From NCBI GenBank assembly GCA_002269645.1, contig NIVC01001062.1, positions 304,647 to 368,646 on the forward strand: a stretch of 64,000 bases of DNA. The letters run 5' to 3'. The number at the start of each line of letters is the position of its first letter. Position 1 is the stretch's first letter. Shown in pieces: positions 23,946-35,557 of the stretch. The notes under the pieces were generated by a model that did no database searches, had not been told where the DNA came from, and saw nothing but the letters and a program-made list of their open reading frames with translations. The position numbers were made by a program, and so were the translations under genes. The DNA is from Macrostomum lignano (lineage: Eukaryota).

Positions 23946-24923
23946 CGAGGGTTATCCCAAAAGTTTCAGCAATTGAATGATTTTGTGCCATAGACAACTT
24001 TTAGGACTACAGCACTTATACCACACGAAAGATGAGCATATTTTGGGTGTCTGAGTCAGTTTTTAGCATTCTAGCTACAAAATTCTGTTTTCTAAAGAAC
24101 ATTTTGTGAGATACTAAATCAAACATTGGCCAACAACAATAAAATGGAATTTCCTTTGAACTTGGAGCAGTGCTCAGACATTAAAATGGAATGTCTTTGT
24201 AGTGTCCCTGGAGCTCAAATTCACCATCAGTTGCTGCAGGCCCATGGGCCAAATGCGATGAGCCAGCTAGCCATGTACGACTGGTACAGTCGATTCAAGT
24301 ATGGCCACTCTGATGTCGAGGATGACCCACAATCTAGAAGGCCAAAAGAAGCTCGCACAGAGTCGAACATTGAGTTGATCCAAGGGCTGCTGAACATTGC
24401 AGATTGCCATTGGACATGCAAAGAAATGGCTGAGCTGTCCGGAATCCCCTCGTCAAGCTTTATTATTCACCATCTTCAGCCTGCCTTGCGCAAAAAGCGG
24501 CCATAGACCTTGGAACTTGGTCTACTCTTTCTGCATGACAATGCCAATTCGCACACAGCCCGCATTGTGTAGGACCTACTGCGGGACTACCAGTGGGAGG
24601 TGCTTCCTCATCCTCCTTACTCCCCAGACCTTAGTCCCTACGATATTGACCTTTTTCCAAAGCTTAAGAACTAGCTCTGAGGGCATCATTTCCATTGCCT
24701 GGATGACCTGTTCAGCGCAGTCGGCCATATTGCAAAAGACCTATGCGAGTCCAGTGCTACTGACGGCATTCAGAAGTTGCCTAACTGCTGGGAGCACACA
24801 ATTCAAGTCAATGGAAGTTATTTTGAAGGTTTTTGATCATTGTTCATTGTTCATTGTTCTGACACTTGTTTGTTGAAAATTAATAGGCCTAGGCATTTGC
24901 TGAAACTTTTGGGATGACCCTCG
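23946..24923 (+). mobile_element. Mariner-family element, internally deleted, with both TIRs and TA TSD
   Basis: TIRs CGAGGGTTATCCCAAAAGTTTCAGCAA and TTGCTGAAACTTTTGGGATGACCCTCG, flanked by TA. The HTH region (WYSRFKYG..DVEDDPQSRRP) joins directly to LHDNA and HPPYSPDLSPYD motifs; the WVP and first catalytic Asp region is missing; stops are present. Confidence 0.95.
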
Positions 24924-25888
24924 TATTATAGGCCTAGTTAATGAAAAAAAGTTTATACTAGGCCTAGGCCCTAATTTGAATCTCATATATATTAATTAGT
25001 TAATGACAAAGTAAAAAGCATATCCAATATAACTAAATATTTGGTAACTTCATCATATTATTTTTCAAAGCTATTTTGCTTCTGGTCACTTTATCATCTG
25101 GTAGGCCTATGAAAAAATCAAAATGGAATATGATGATCTGTTCAGTGACGAGTGACCATGTTGGCACCCCAAACTTAGATTGCCCCCCTCCTAAAATTAA
25201 ACTCTAGATCCACCACTGATATGCCCTAGGCCTAGCCTAATCTAATGTTAACTAATATCAACTATAGGCATAGGGCCTATTAACTAGGCCTTTTAATATA
25301 AATATTGTAGATAGAAATTTAGTAGGCACCTAAGCATAGGCCTACTCATAGCTATATAGTCGTATAGATAGGTTCACTAGCTAGACTAGACCTAGAACTA
25401 GAATCACTAAGCAAATGACAGGGCCTACCTAAACCTACAATAAAGTGTGAGCATAGGCCTAGCTAGGCCCTAGGCCTAGCCTACTGCTAATTTTTACTGT
25501 ATGGCCTAGGCCTACGCTTAATGGCTAGGCATAATGCTCATAAAGAGTGACAGTGAGACTAGAAAAAATAAAATCCTGACGCCTGAGCTGAGCCTGGTTG
25601 GACCAGGCTGAAACTGAAACCAAACCGAAGTGGAAGTATTCAGTTTTAAAGAAGGGTTAAAAATACACAATTATTTACATTTTGACATTTTGAAGGAATT
25701 ATGAATAGGCCTACGATACATAAAAATATATTTATACTTTACTAAACAGGCGCACAGGCTTACTGGATTTTGCCTTAAATAGCACAGCCCTTACGCCAAT
25801 AATGCAATCGGACAGATAAAGACAAAAACAAAAAATCATTGAAAAGTCATAGGGCCTAAGTGTTATTATTGTTCTATAACAACAGATA

Positions 25889-25899
25889 AAAATGGCGGC
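25889..25899 (+). promoter_or_regulatory. YY1-like motif AAAATGGCGGC upstream of MYCBP
   Basis: Matches the recalled YY1 consensus, ~290 bp upstream of the MYCBP ATG; function inferred only. Confidence 0.3.
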
Positions 25900-26185
25900 C
25901 GACAGCTCGTAAAAATATTTTTAAAAATTCTTAAAATTTTTTAATTTAAAAGATAAGACTTTAAACTGTGTTACTTAGTTAATTTTCTGAATTTTAGCAG
26001 CAGTTTGCTTCAAATTACTTATTCAATTTTTACAGTTTTGTTTTAACTCATTTACAATAGCAACGCAACATAGAAATTAAATTCGTAAAATTGTGCATTT
26101 TTTCTTGTGATGTAAACAAATTTCTGCAGTTTATGCGAGTTTATGCGAGTTTATGCGAGTTTAAAAGAGTTCTTACAAAGATACA

Positions 26186-28130
26186 ATGACATCATACAAG
26201 GTAAATTACTCAATACTGTTCTTTTCTTACCCTATGTGTTAGATTAAAATGATATACATGGTGTACTAATGAAACATTCTGTCATTGTTTTCGATTGATT
26301 TATTTAGCTTCGTAGAGCAGCGTCTACAACTAAAACTACAAATGTTATATTTCGCTGAAATTCTCTTTAGGCTTAGGCAATATTAAAATAAGTTTTAACT
26401 TCATCATTTTATGTGGTTATGTTATGTGCGTTCGAACTTGAATCGAAGGCATGGTCATAAATGTAAATGACCTAGCATTGTAACAAAACCATCAACTGCA
26501 GCTTAATACTTGCATACAGATTTTACTGCTTTGCAGAATTTTTAGGTAGAAGTCACTGTATATCGGTACAATAGGCCTTCTCAGCTCAGCTGTATTTACT
26601 TATACAAGTAGATGCAATTCAATTGTGGGGTACCCAACTTGTTTTTACAAAATTCTTAAAAATGGCTTTTGATTTTAAGACCTAAAAGTAAAAATTAGCT
26701 TTTTACTCATTTTTTTTTATTTTGAAAAGCTCCAAAACGCTCTAAATAGTTTAAAAGTCTTAGCTTGTAAAGAAATATTTTATATAAACCATTTACTTTG
26801 TAAAATGAACTTAAATAGTTGATTTCAATGCAATTTTCTCATTTATAGGCTGCTGATTCCAAGCGCGAGGAGTTTCGCAAGTACCTGGAGAAGGCTGGCG
26901 TGTTGGATGCTTTGACTAAGGGTGAGATTAATTTTTTATTTTGCCAAATACTATGCTTAAAATTAGAGATTGATGTTTTTGCAAATCGAAATTTTTATTT
27001 TTAAAGTTCTTGTCGGCCTGTACGAAGAGCCGGAGAAGCCTAACAATGCGTTGGAATTTCTCAAGCTGCACCTGGGCACCGCTGGCCCAGATGCGCCAGA
27101 CGTTGAAGCCATGAAGGTGGAGATCACCGAGCTGCGGACACGGAAAGAACAGCTGGAGGCTGAGAACCAAGAGCTTCGAGGGCGAGTGAGTAGCTTTCAG
27201 TACATCCGCTCCAATCTTCTTAAGCTTCCATTTGTAGATTGGATTCCAATCAATCTTCTTTGAGTAGATCGGATTCCAATCAATCTTCTTTGAGTAGATC
27301 GGATTCCAATCATTCTTCTTTGAGTACATCAGCTCCCAATCAATCCTCTTTGAGTAGATCGGCTTCCAATCAATCGTCCTTGAGTAGATCGGCTTCCAAG
27401 TTCAATTTTCTTTGAGTAGATCGGCTTCCAATCAATATTCTTTGAGTAGACCGGCTTGCAATCAATCTTCTTTGAGTAGATCGGCTTCCAATCAATCGTC
27501 CTTGAGTAGATTAGTTTCCAATCAATTTTCTTTGAGTAGATCGGCTTCCAATCAATCTTCTTTGAGTAGATCGGCTTCCAATCAATCTTCTTTGAGTAGA
27601 TCGGCTTCCAATCAATCGTCCTTGAGTAGATCGGCTTCCAAGTTCAATTTTCTTTGAGTAGATCGGCTTCCAATCAATATTCTTTGAGTAGACCGGCTTG
27701 CAATCAATCTTCTTTGAGTAGATCGGCTTCCAATCAATCGTCCTTGAGTAGATTAGTTTCCAATCAATTTTCTTTGAGTAGATCGGCTTCCAATCAATTT
27801 TCTTTGAGTAGATCGGCTTCCAATCAATCTTCTTTGAGTAGATCGGCTTCCAATCAATATTCTTTGAGTAGACCGGCTTGCAATCAATCTTCTTTGAGTA
27901 GATCGGCTTCCAATCAATCTTCTTTGAGTAGATCGGCTTCCAATCAATCTTCTTTAAGCCGACCAGTCTCCAAAAATCTTATTTCAATGAGAACAACCCT
28001 ATTTATAATTCTCATTTTAAATCATTTTCTCTTCCCCTAGTTGAAGAAGCAGAAATTTATAGCTCTTTATATATCTTTTATTCAGCTGCAACAGTATGAA
28101 GCGGCCCCGGCAGAGGCGGCAGAGGAGTAA
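26186..28130 (+). CDS. MYCBP: c-Myc-binding protein (MYCBP/AMY-1); exons 26186-26200, 26849-26921, 27007-27185, 28086-28130; 103 aa
   Basis: Spliced translation MTSYK|AADSKREEFRKYLEKAGVLDALTK|VLVGLYEEPEKPNNALEFLKLHLG...ENQELRGR|LQQYEAAPAEAAEE* matches recalled MYCBP in sequence and length. GT-AG introns with consistent phases. Confidence 0.93.
27200..27960. repeat. 30-bp minisatellite TTTGAGTAGATCGGCTTCCAATCAATCTTC in MYCBP intron 3
   Basis: About 24 copies starting ~15 bp after the donor. A higher-order block (~27390-27630) is re-duplicated at ~27630-27870. Confidence 0.95.
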
Positions 28131-29550
28131 AACAAAACAAAACGGCACTTGAGTCTCCAAGCGGTGTAAGAAAGTAAATCTATGAGAAGTAAACGAAGAT
28201 AGCTTTCAGTTAAGCAGAGCTCACTTCTTCTAAACTTACCGTTTGCTACGACTGCGCTTTGTAAGTTCATGTGATTCCGAATAAGTCTGCCTCCGCTTTG
28301 TTGTGATAACTGACCAGTTTTTTTTCTTTTTTGTTTTAATGGTTTCAACTTTATATAGGATTTTCTTACTTGCTTTAAACCACACATTAAAGGGAATTGA
28401 AAATTGAAACTTATAAAATTCCCCAACTTTATTACTTTCTTATTTTATAATTATCAGTTAAGTTGAGCCATTGATTTCAGTTAATTGTATCTAGATTTTT
28501 GTGGATCGCTATATTTTCTTCCAACACAATTATTGCACAGTCCAAACTGTTTAGCGGTCACACGTCTTGTTACTAACTGAAATTTAATTAATTTTAATTA
28601 ACTCAAACTGTTAATAGTTTTTCTGGAGTTAAATACATAAAAATTTAGAGTCAAATCTTGTTCTTGTGGGTATACACATGTCAGCCGAAATGTATTTAAA
28701 AATATTTTGTTTATTTTAAGTGATTTTATTTTTGTTACAAGTTTGGGTTCCTGGTGATGATAATTGAGAGTACACGACTGTCACGGGTGACAAATATACG
28801 CTCGATCGTAAGAGTCAAGAGGTGACGAATGGGTAAAAGAGGTGTCAGTGCTTGAAGGTGGATAACAGGTGTGTTGACAGATCACCCCTAGCACTCAGCT
28901 GTCACCCCTGACACTCTATCCGTCACCAGCGGGTATTGGATGAGTTGTGAGCCATGGAATTCGCGCAAGAATGTCGCTGTAAATCGTGGGTTCGGGTTTT
29001 TCCAGCAGCTAAATAACATGGGTGCATGAGAAGGATGAATCAGCGCACACTAGTAATTACACACACTCCCAGCTACACATGTTATACGACATACGATCGC
29101 AATACAGATTAAATAACTGCACGTACAAGTAACTACATGTATACAACTTCCCTACGGGGTGGAGCCTTCCCTCTGCTCCTGTAATGCCCGGACCCTGGCC
29201 ATTTAGTGGGAGCTGCTAATGCATGAGTAATGCCATGACCAAGATTTTTGAACTTTCTATTCTATCAAGTATACAAACTAGAAGCGAAAGAGTACATGTA
29301 ATGTAAAAAATTGTCTCTGGCAGAAAGGGTCAGCTACTTTGCTACACCCAATTCGCAAAGCCGCATTCTGTACCAGAAATCGTAGTCTATGGCTGCTCCC
29401 TCTCTCACGGGAGACGGTTTTGAAGAGTAAAGCTCGATTACTTGACCGCTCCTCAAGGATTCGGTTCGACCGAGCAGCGACCATCCCTCCTCAGCAGTTC
29501 TTCTAAGCACGCGGTGTTTCTAAACGGCTCACTAATCCAACAAACACGCG

Positions 29551-30480
29551 ATGGCCAGCAAGATTTTCTCCACTGCTGCGACTCTAGTTGACAAGAAGAG
29601 TGGCAAGAAGCAGCAGCAGCAAAACAAGAAGCCCGAGCAACCGATGCCGCAGCCTCAGCCCCTGAAGCCTACCGAACCTGCCGAGAGCCTCGACGTCAAG
29701 AAGACCGACATTGTCAAGCCAGTCGAAGACAATCCAGTCGGTCGACTTCAAGAACTCTGCCAGCACCGACTGTGGCTGCTGCCCTCCTACACGTTCGAGT
29801 GTAGCAACGTCGACAATCCGAGCAAGCGCCAGTTCACCTGCACCGTGAAGCTTCAGGGTCACACCGACAGAGGCGTTGGACGCTCCAAGCAACTGGCTAA
29901 GCGAGCCTGCGCCCAGGCCATGCTGCAACAGTTGGCAGCCTGCACGGAAGCAAACTGCTGCCAGTCCGCCCTGGCTGAGATCAAAAAAAGCACCGCCGGA
30001 GACGGCAACAACAAGAAGAAGGTAGCGGCGGCTGCGTCAGCTCAGCAGAAGCCGGCAACTCCGCCGCCAAGTCCGCTGGACGAGGCCGCATTCCAAGAGT
30101 TGCGCTCGTCCAAGCGACTTCAGTCGGCTGCTCGCGCTGGCGCCGAAGTCAATGGACTGTTCCGCGGAGTGAGAAACCGCAAGGCCGGCGTAACGCTGCC
30201 GCCTCTGGAGACGCCAACAGCCGGTCCCAGCAGCGCCAGCGAGCAGCTGACGGAGCTGAGCAAGCAGCACCGATTCGGGGTGCAGTTCCTTGACAACGGC
30301 TCCGACAACAGCAGCGGACAATACCGAGCCGTTGTCAAATTATCCACTATGCCGACTATCGTTGCTGTTAGCAACGGAGCAAGCGTCGCCAACGCCAAGG
30401 AACAGGCTTGCCGAGCCGCCATAGAGTACCTGTGCTCTTTGACGCGAGAAACTACGGGACCCGCCGGCAAGAAAGCCTAG
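29551..30480 (+). CDS. Intronless dsRNA-binding protein of the TRBP/PACT/Loquacious family (one canonical dsRBD plus C-terminal type-B dsRBD)
   Basis: NPVGRLQELCQHRLWLLPSYTF...FTCTVKLQGHTDRGVGRSKQLAKRACAQAML is a dsRBD with a KxxAK motif. EQLTELSKQHRFGVQFLD...SGQYRAVVKLSTMPTIVAVSNGASVANAKEQACRAAIEYL resembles TRBP/Loqs dsRBD3. AATAAA at ~30520. Confidence 0.85.
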   Translation: MASKIFSTAATLVDKKSGKKQQQQNKKPEQPMPQPQPLKPTEPAESLDVKKTDIVKPVEDNPVGRLQELCQHRLWLLPSYTFECSNVDNPSKRQFTCTVKLQGHTDRGVGRSKQLAKRACAQAMLQQLAACTEANCCQSALAEIKKSTAGDGNNKKKVAAAASAQQKPATPPPSPLDEAAFQELRSSKRLQSAARAGAEVNGLFRGVRNRKAGVTLPPLETPTAGPSSASEQLTELSKQHRFGVQFLDNGSDNSSGQYRAVVKLSTMPTIVAVSNGASVANAKEQACRAAIEYLCSLTRETTGPAGKKA

Positions 30481-32270
30481 CTGTTGAACTCTTCACCCCG
30501 CTGCCCAGCGCGCTCGATTTGAAACTTAGCCAACTGACTGAGACTGAAGCTTATAACCTTTTAATTTTTTTAATAATGAAAATAAAAACTGCTGCCTTGC
30601 CGCTTTAAAAAACAAGCAGACATTTACAAATAAAAATTTCGGTTTAAACCAATAGAAATACCCAATCTCTGTCTTAGTCCTCAGTTTTATTTCATTAACT
30701 ATTAGCTTTAACGTTAAAAAGTTTGCTAATTTAACTACTGTTTTGTGACTCTTTATTCAAAAATCAAGCGCTTAGCATGCACTAATCTAACTAAAGGCCT
30801 GGTTTGCAAAATTCATGCAGATTAATAAACAGTTAAGGTTTGTTCAGATGCCATCATGCATGAAATGGCAACCAAGACCGACCAAGTACATCAGTAACAA
30901 GCAAGTCTAAAAATCAATATGCATCATCAGTACGTGCACTCGTAGCGATGATGAGCCGTATATAACGTACGGTCGTAAATCTAGGTAAAAACGTTCTTTA
31001 CAACTGAGTCTACAGGAGAGTACTAAAAAACACGGTATGCCATCCAAATGATAAATACGAGCTAAAGTCTGACGGCGATGTGTCGCTGGAAAATACATGT
31101 ACATGTAGGGGGTAACTTTTACCAAAGACGACTGAAATAACATATATATATATATACATGTATATATAGGACACGAGACTCAACTTTCGTGGAAAGTAAA
31201 GTAGTCCTTGACATATACATGTAAATTACAGCCTACGTGCATACACACACTCGTTTGTGTGCATACCGAAAAGCATTCCGACTTCAGCCAAGATATGGCG
31301 TCGTTATCCTGCATCGCCGTGATGTACATGTACGCTCGTACAAAAAATCCATTTTGATGAATACATGTATATATCTAATCGTTTAATGAAATATCCTAAT
31401 TAAAAGCGATTATAACTGGCTTTTGAGATGTCTATGAGCATATTAATTTCTGGACATTAGCTAAATGCTAGAATACCTCAAATAAACCAATTTTAAAAAA
31501 CCCGACCAATAGAAGTTAATAATATGCCATTTTAGAGGCTGCATGACTTTTACGCTCGTATTTTACTGCTAGGAAGGTTTTCAGAAAGAAAGAGTATACA
31601 GAACATATTGAGAAGGGCGCACTTTTTTCCAAATTTCACGCTCGCACATGGGTTCCGAACTTGTTAGCCTACTAACAGCAGGCTATGGGGATTTTTCTCC
31701 TTTTTATGCAATTTTCATTGAATTCGTACATGTATTACATGTAGTAGGATCTTTGTAGCTATATGATTTTGCCATACTTGTCGTCATAATAACATAGGCG
31801 CGGTTTTCGCTGCTTTTGGGGTCATAAATCATTGGTTGTGAACTGGTCTGACAGCCACCTGCGCCTGTCACTGAGTCTACGCCTGTCACTGAGTTGAGGC
31901 TGGCGCCAGATGGTCTGAGAGGATGCGAGCGGTTGCTTTTTTTCTCATCATTTTTGACAGGCCATCAGATTTATGAAGTCAAAGCCTATTGTTCGTGTTC
32001 ACTCAAGCGTTTGACAGTTTTGACAGCTATGCGTTTTACCCCTAAAAGTACTTTGGGATTAGCGATTATCGATTTCTCTTCACTATCTTTACTTTCGATT
32101 TAATGAGATCTTCCTAATGCATTTTTTCATTAATTTTTGTAATTCCTACACGAAAGGCAATTTATCATAATGTAGCGATTTTGAGTGATTTATGACCGCA
32201 CCTGTCGTTTTTTTATGGCCCTGAGGGAACTGATAAGATCTTTTGGTCACGTGAGTTTGGGTGGCAACAA

Positions 32271-32378
32271 GCTCAGCCAATCAGAAAATTCGACGTCAGT
32301 TATAACAAATCGGCTCAGCCAATCAGCGTCGAGGTGTTCCATTATAACAAATTGCGGTCCAGTTGGCGGCTATTTAAA
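32271..32378 (+). promoter_or_regulatory. Candidate retroelement promoter: two CCAAT boxes and a TATA-like box
   Basis: GCTCAGCCAATCAG at 32271 and 32313, TTATAACAAAT at 32300 and 32342, TATTTAAA at 32371, upstream of the DIRS/Ngaro fragment. Confidence 0.5.
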
Positions 32379-33124
32379 CCGATGTTTTTGGACCGCCTGG
32401 ACTCAACTCGTCCTGACTTCGTCAACCTTTTTGGACTCCCGGACTCATACCTCCAGAGTCACGACCGTCGTCTCTTGATCCCCGGATTGCGACAACCCCC
32501 CCCCTCATCATCAAGGACGAATCACCCGCCCGGTCAACGTCATCGATCGTTGATCATCGATCGATTAGGATCATCACCTGCTAGCTATCTGCGAAGATTG
32601 TGACATCAGCATCATCCCGGGCCTACAGCTTCGAGGCACTAAGCCGATTCGGTCACTGTGGATCACCTGGTCTCCGGCTGCTAAGTTTCTGTTTGGTTGG
32701 GTGAGATGCTACCTAGACTTGTTTGATTGGGTGATTCCTTATCTGTCCCCTGTTTCAGTAGCTGGATTGGGCACACACTTTTGCTCATTTTGTTCAGTAG
32801 TGCTGTTATTGAGCCAGAAATCATTCAATAATAAGTTTAAATCTGACAGTTATTTTTATCGGTTTTATTTTTTTGTTCGCCGATGGCTCAGATGAGTAGC
32901 TAAGCTAGTAGGCGCCGGTCACAGTGGACCAATGGCAAGGCAGTTCTCAGTCGATCAATCTGTCAAATCAGTTAGCGAAATTGCCAATAGTGCAAAATCG
33001 GCGCCAGAGATGTACTCTGTGCACTCTAGATTCGCCAAGCGGCTCGGGTGATGAATCATGCGGTCTCTGAGGTTCGAGTTAGTCTATCATCAGTGCTACG
33101 AGAGGCTGTGGAAGTGTAACTCGT

Positions 33125-33600
33125 CTAACAAATAGTAGGAAAAATAAACGTCAACAAAAACATAAAAAGTAAACTTTGTTTAATTCTAGCCAACGCGTTT
33201 CGTCAAACACAAGACGTCGTCAGGGCAAATTCAATCAACCTAAGATCACACCACCAATATATTTAAGAAAAAATCACTGTACAGTCCAGAGGCGGGTCAA
33301 AACAGTCCGGTAGAATTAAGAAAGTGCCAAGTACACAAAAAAGTGAGAGAGAGAGAGAGAAAAAAAAAATAAATAGGCACGGCTCTGCTCACAGTACTCT
33401 TAGCTCACGCTCCACCCCATTGCCAGCAAGCTGCACATTCAGGTTGGGTTTGTGCATTCTGATATCCGAAGCTTCGATAATCTTAAGCTTATGGTCAAAT
33501 TTGCACCCATCCAGCACTTTAAAGAGCTGAATCGGTTCACCGTCACAGCATTTTTTACAAACAAGCAGATGGTCATTAATCGCAGAGTGCACACTAGAGC
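33125..33600 (-). mobile_element. Penelope-like element 3' fragment (GIY-YIG C-terminus and pLTR tail) nested antisense in the DIRS/Ngaro fragment
   Basis: ORF 33389..33610: SAINDHLLVCKKC...FKVLDGC...LKIIEASDIRMHKPNLNVQ matches the recalled PLE endonuclease end (SAI..HL...IL...EA..I...P.LN.Q). A hammerhead motif lies downstream. Confidence 0.85.
33189..33226 (-). ncRNA. Minimal type I hammerhead ribozyme
   Basis: Minus strand reads GCC CUGACGA C GUC uuguguuu GAC GAAA CGCG U U GGC: catalytic core, stem II GUC/GAC, palindromic ACGCGU stem III, GUU cleavage triplet, stem I GCC/GGC. Confidence 0.8.
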
Positions 33601-33879
33601 TAGGGAACATTGGCTAAAAAGCCTTGCAACTTCGCAACATGTCTGCCGCATCTGTGAGGCTCCGCATCCGGCCAATCAGCACCAGCACAACAATGGCTCG
33701 GGTCCAAAAAACTGATTGACACCGCCTCGCCTTCCGCCTCACCTGCTGCCTTGCCTGCTCCGTCTTTAACCTCGCCTCCAAACTCGCATACAGCTTCATT
33801 CTTATCCATCTCGCCTTATCCGTCATCGGCTATTGCCGCGCCTGGTAGTGCCATAGCGGCCGCCAAATCGCCTAACCCG

Positions 33880-34025
33880 CCAGCCCAGCCGCCAGCTCAG
33901 CAGCCAGCCAAGCCGCCAGCCCAGCCGCCAGCCCAGCCGCCAACCCAGCCGCCAGCCCAGCCGCCAGCCCAGCCGCCAGGCCAGCCGCCAGCCCAGCCGC
34001 CAGCTCAACCACCAGCCCAGTCACC
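33880..34025 (+). repeat. 12-bp CAGCCGCCAGCC repeat (QPPA)n within the DIRS/Ngaro ORF
   Basis: About 11 copies read directly. Confidence 0.9.
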
Positions 34026-35557
34026 GGCCTCGACCTGGTCGCTTTCGCCATCAGCTTGGGAGCCTGTTCTAGCCAACGATCCGGATGCGGAGTTTCTCCG
34101 TTTTGGCTTGCGCCATGGATTCCTCATCGTCAACAAGCCAGCCCAATCAGCCTCCGAAGTCAGCAATTACGAATCCGCTCTTTCTGAGGACACCTACCAG
34201 CTGGTTGAGTCCCAGATCAGAGAAGAACTTGAGACTGGCCGCTATGTGCGCGCATCAGAGCTGGGCATAGGTGTCTCCGTCAAAGTCAGCCCACTTGGAG
34301 CCATCAAGAAGAGCAACGGAGGAATCCGCCTAATCCACGATGCATCTGTGCCCGCCGGAGACAGCATCAACGACTGCTACACAGAGCGTCAAAGAATGCG
34401 GTTTGCAAGCGTCGATGACCTGACGCGGCGCCTGAAGCGCAACTGGTTCATGAGCAACATTGACCTCAGCCAGGCCTATCGTAGCGTGCGCATTCACCCG
34501 GACTGCTATCAGCTGACAGGCATCAAGTGGCACTTCGCGGGTGATCCGCATTCGCCTTACTTGGTGGACACCAGACTGCCGTTCGGTGCATCAGCGTCGG
34601 TCAACATTTTTTAAATCAGTTCGAAACTGCGCGACCCCACAAGCAGGTAGTCGTTGTCTATCTGGATGACTTCTGCGTGGCTGCCGAGACCTTTGAGAGT
34701 TGCTTAGAAGCTCACAACTTGCTGTTGGATTTGCTTCCCTCGCTGGGATTCTGCATCAATTGGGAAAAGACCAGCCCACCTGCCACGTGCATCACGTTTC
34801 TGGGAGTGCGAATCGACAGCACATCCAGTCTGCTGTCCCTGCCGCAGAGCAAGACTGATGAGCTGTGGATGTTGCTACGTGATTGTCAGAGCGCTAAGAG
34901 TTTGTCAAAGCTTCAGCTCCAAAAGCTGGTGGGCAAGATCGGCTGGTTTTGCAAGGTGGCTCGTCCCGCTCGAGTCTTCCTGCAAACTCTCATTGACGTC
35001 ACCAATGCCATCAACGGGCGTTATCGTCTGATTCCCGTGGCGGGCGAGCTCCGTGCGCAGCTGGACTGGTGGCTGCAGGCGCTGCCCGCCTTTCCATGAG
35101 ACCGGCTGTAGGTGCGGTGTGGGTGTGGGTGTAGTTTGCTAAAGCTAGCCATATACGTATACGAGCGTGTAATCTCCGTTTAAAGTATTAATTAAGCTCA
35201 GAGCAGCTGAAGCGTACAAGGCCGGCCGGTCGGAAGAAAAAGACGAAAATATGCTTTTTCTATTTCCACGACCACGCAATTGCTTTCTTTGCTAACGACG
35301 TACAGACTGTTGCTTCGATTAAATACTGATTATATAAAACGAAATTTGATAGTCGCTAGGAGTAAAAATTAAGATTGAAATATTAAATATAGATAAGCTA
35401 GGTATCAAAAGCAATAAAAAGAAAAAAAGTTTTTGGACGGCAACAAGGCCAAAATACTCGAAAAACAGATCCACGCAGGATAAAAACAAAGTTCTAGGTA
35501 AAATGTTTCTTGTTTTTTTCAAGCTCTCGATTTTCTCGACACTTCTTGATTAATCAC

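Larger units (their letters stand above)
32270..35099 (+). mobile_element. DIRS/Ngaro-type tyrosine-recombinase retrotransposon, 5' part (gag Zn-finger remnant and RT), degenerate
   Basis: HVCRICEAPHP gag finger at ~33640. RT motifs SPLGAIKKSNGGIRLIHDAS, IDLSQAYRSVRIHP, RLPFGASAS, VYLDDF (after a frameshift at ~34610-34650), LGFCINWEKT, ITFLGVRID, LDWWLQAL. The fragment stops before RNase H. Confidence 0.88.

Noticed and set aside
24890-25560. Dense TAGGCCTA/CCTAGG palindromes; recurrent TACATGTA across the window
   Set aside because: These look like background oligonucleotide bias with no periodicity or defined boundaries.
25892-25912. ATGGCGGCCGACAGCTCGTAA as MYCBP exon 1 (MAADSS)
   Set aside because: It stops after 6 codons and has no donor. 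The MTSYK|GT exon at 26186 fits both homology and phase.
27200-27960. CRISPR-like regular 30-bp periodicity
   Set aside because: No unique spacers, no cas genes, and a eukaryotic intron context; it is a plain minisatellite.
31040-31100. CTGACGGCGATGTGTCGCTGGAAA hammerhead-like hairpin; also CTGACGATCGAAAC at ~63472
   Set aside because: The catalytic core is incomplete or stems I-III are missing.
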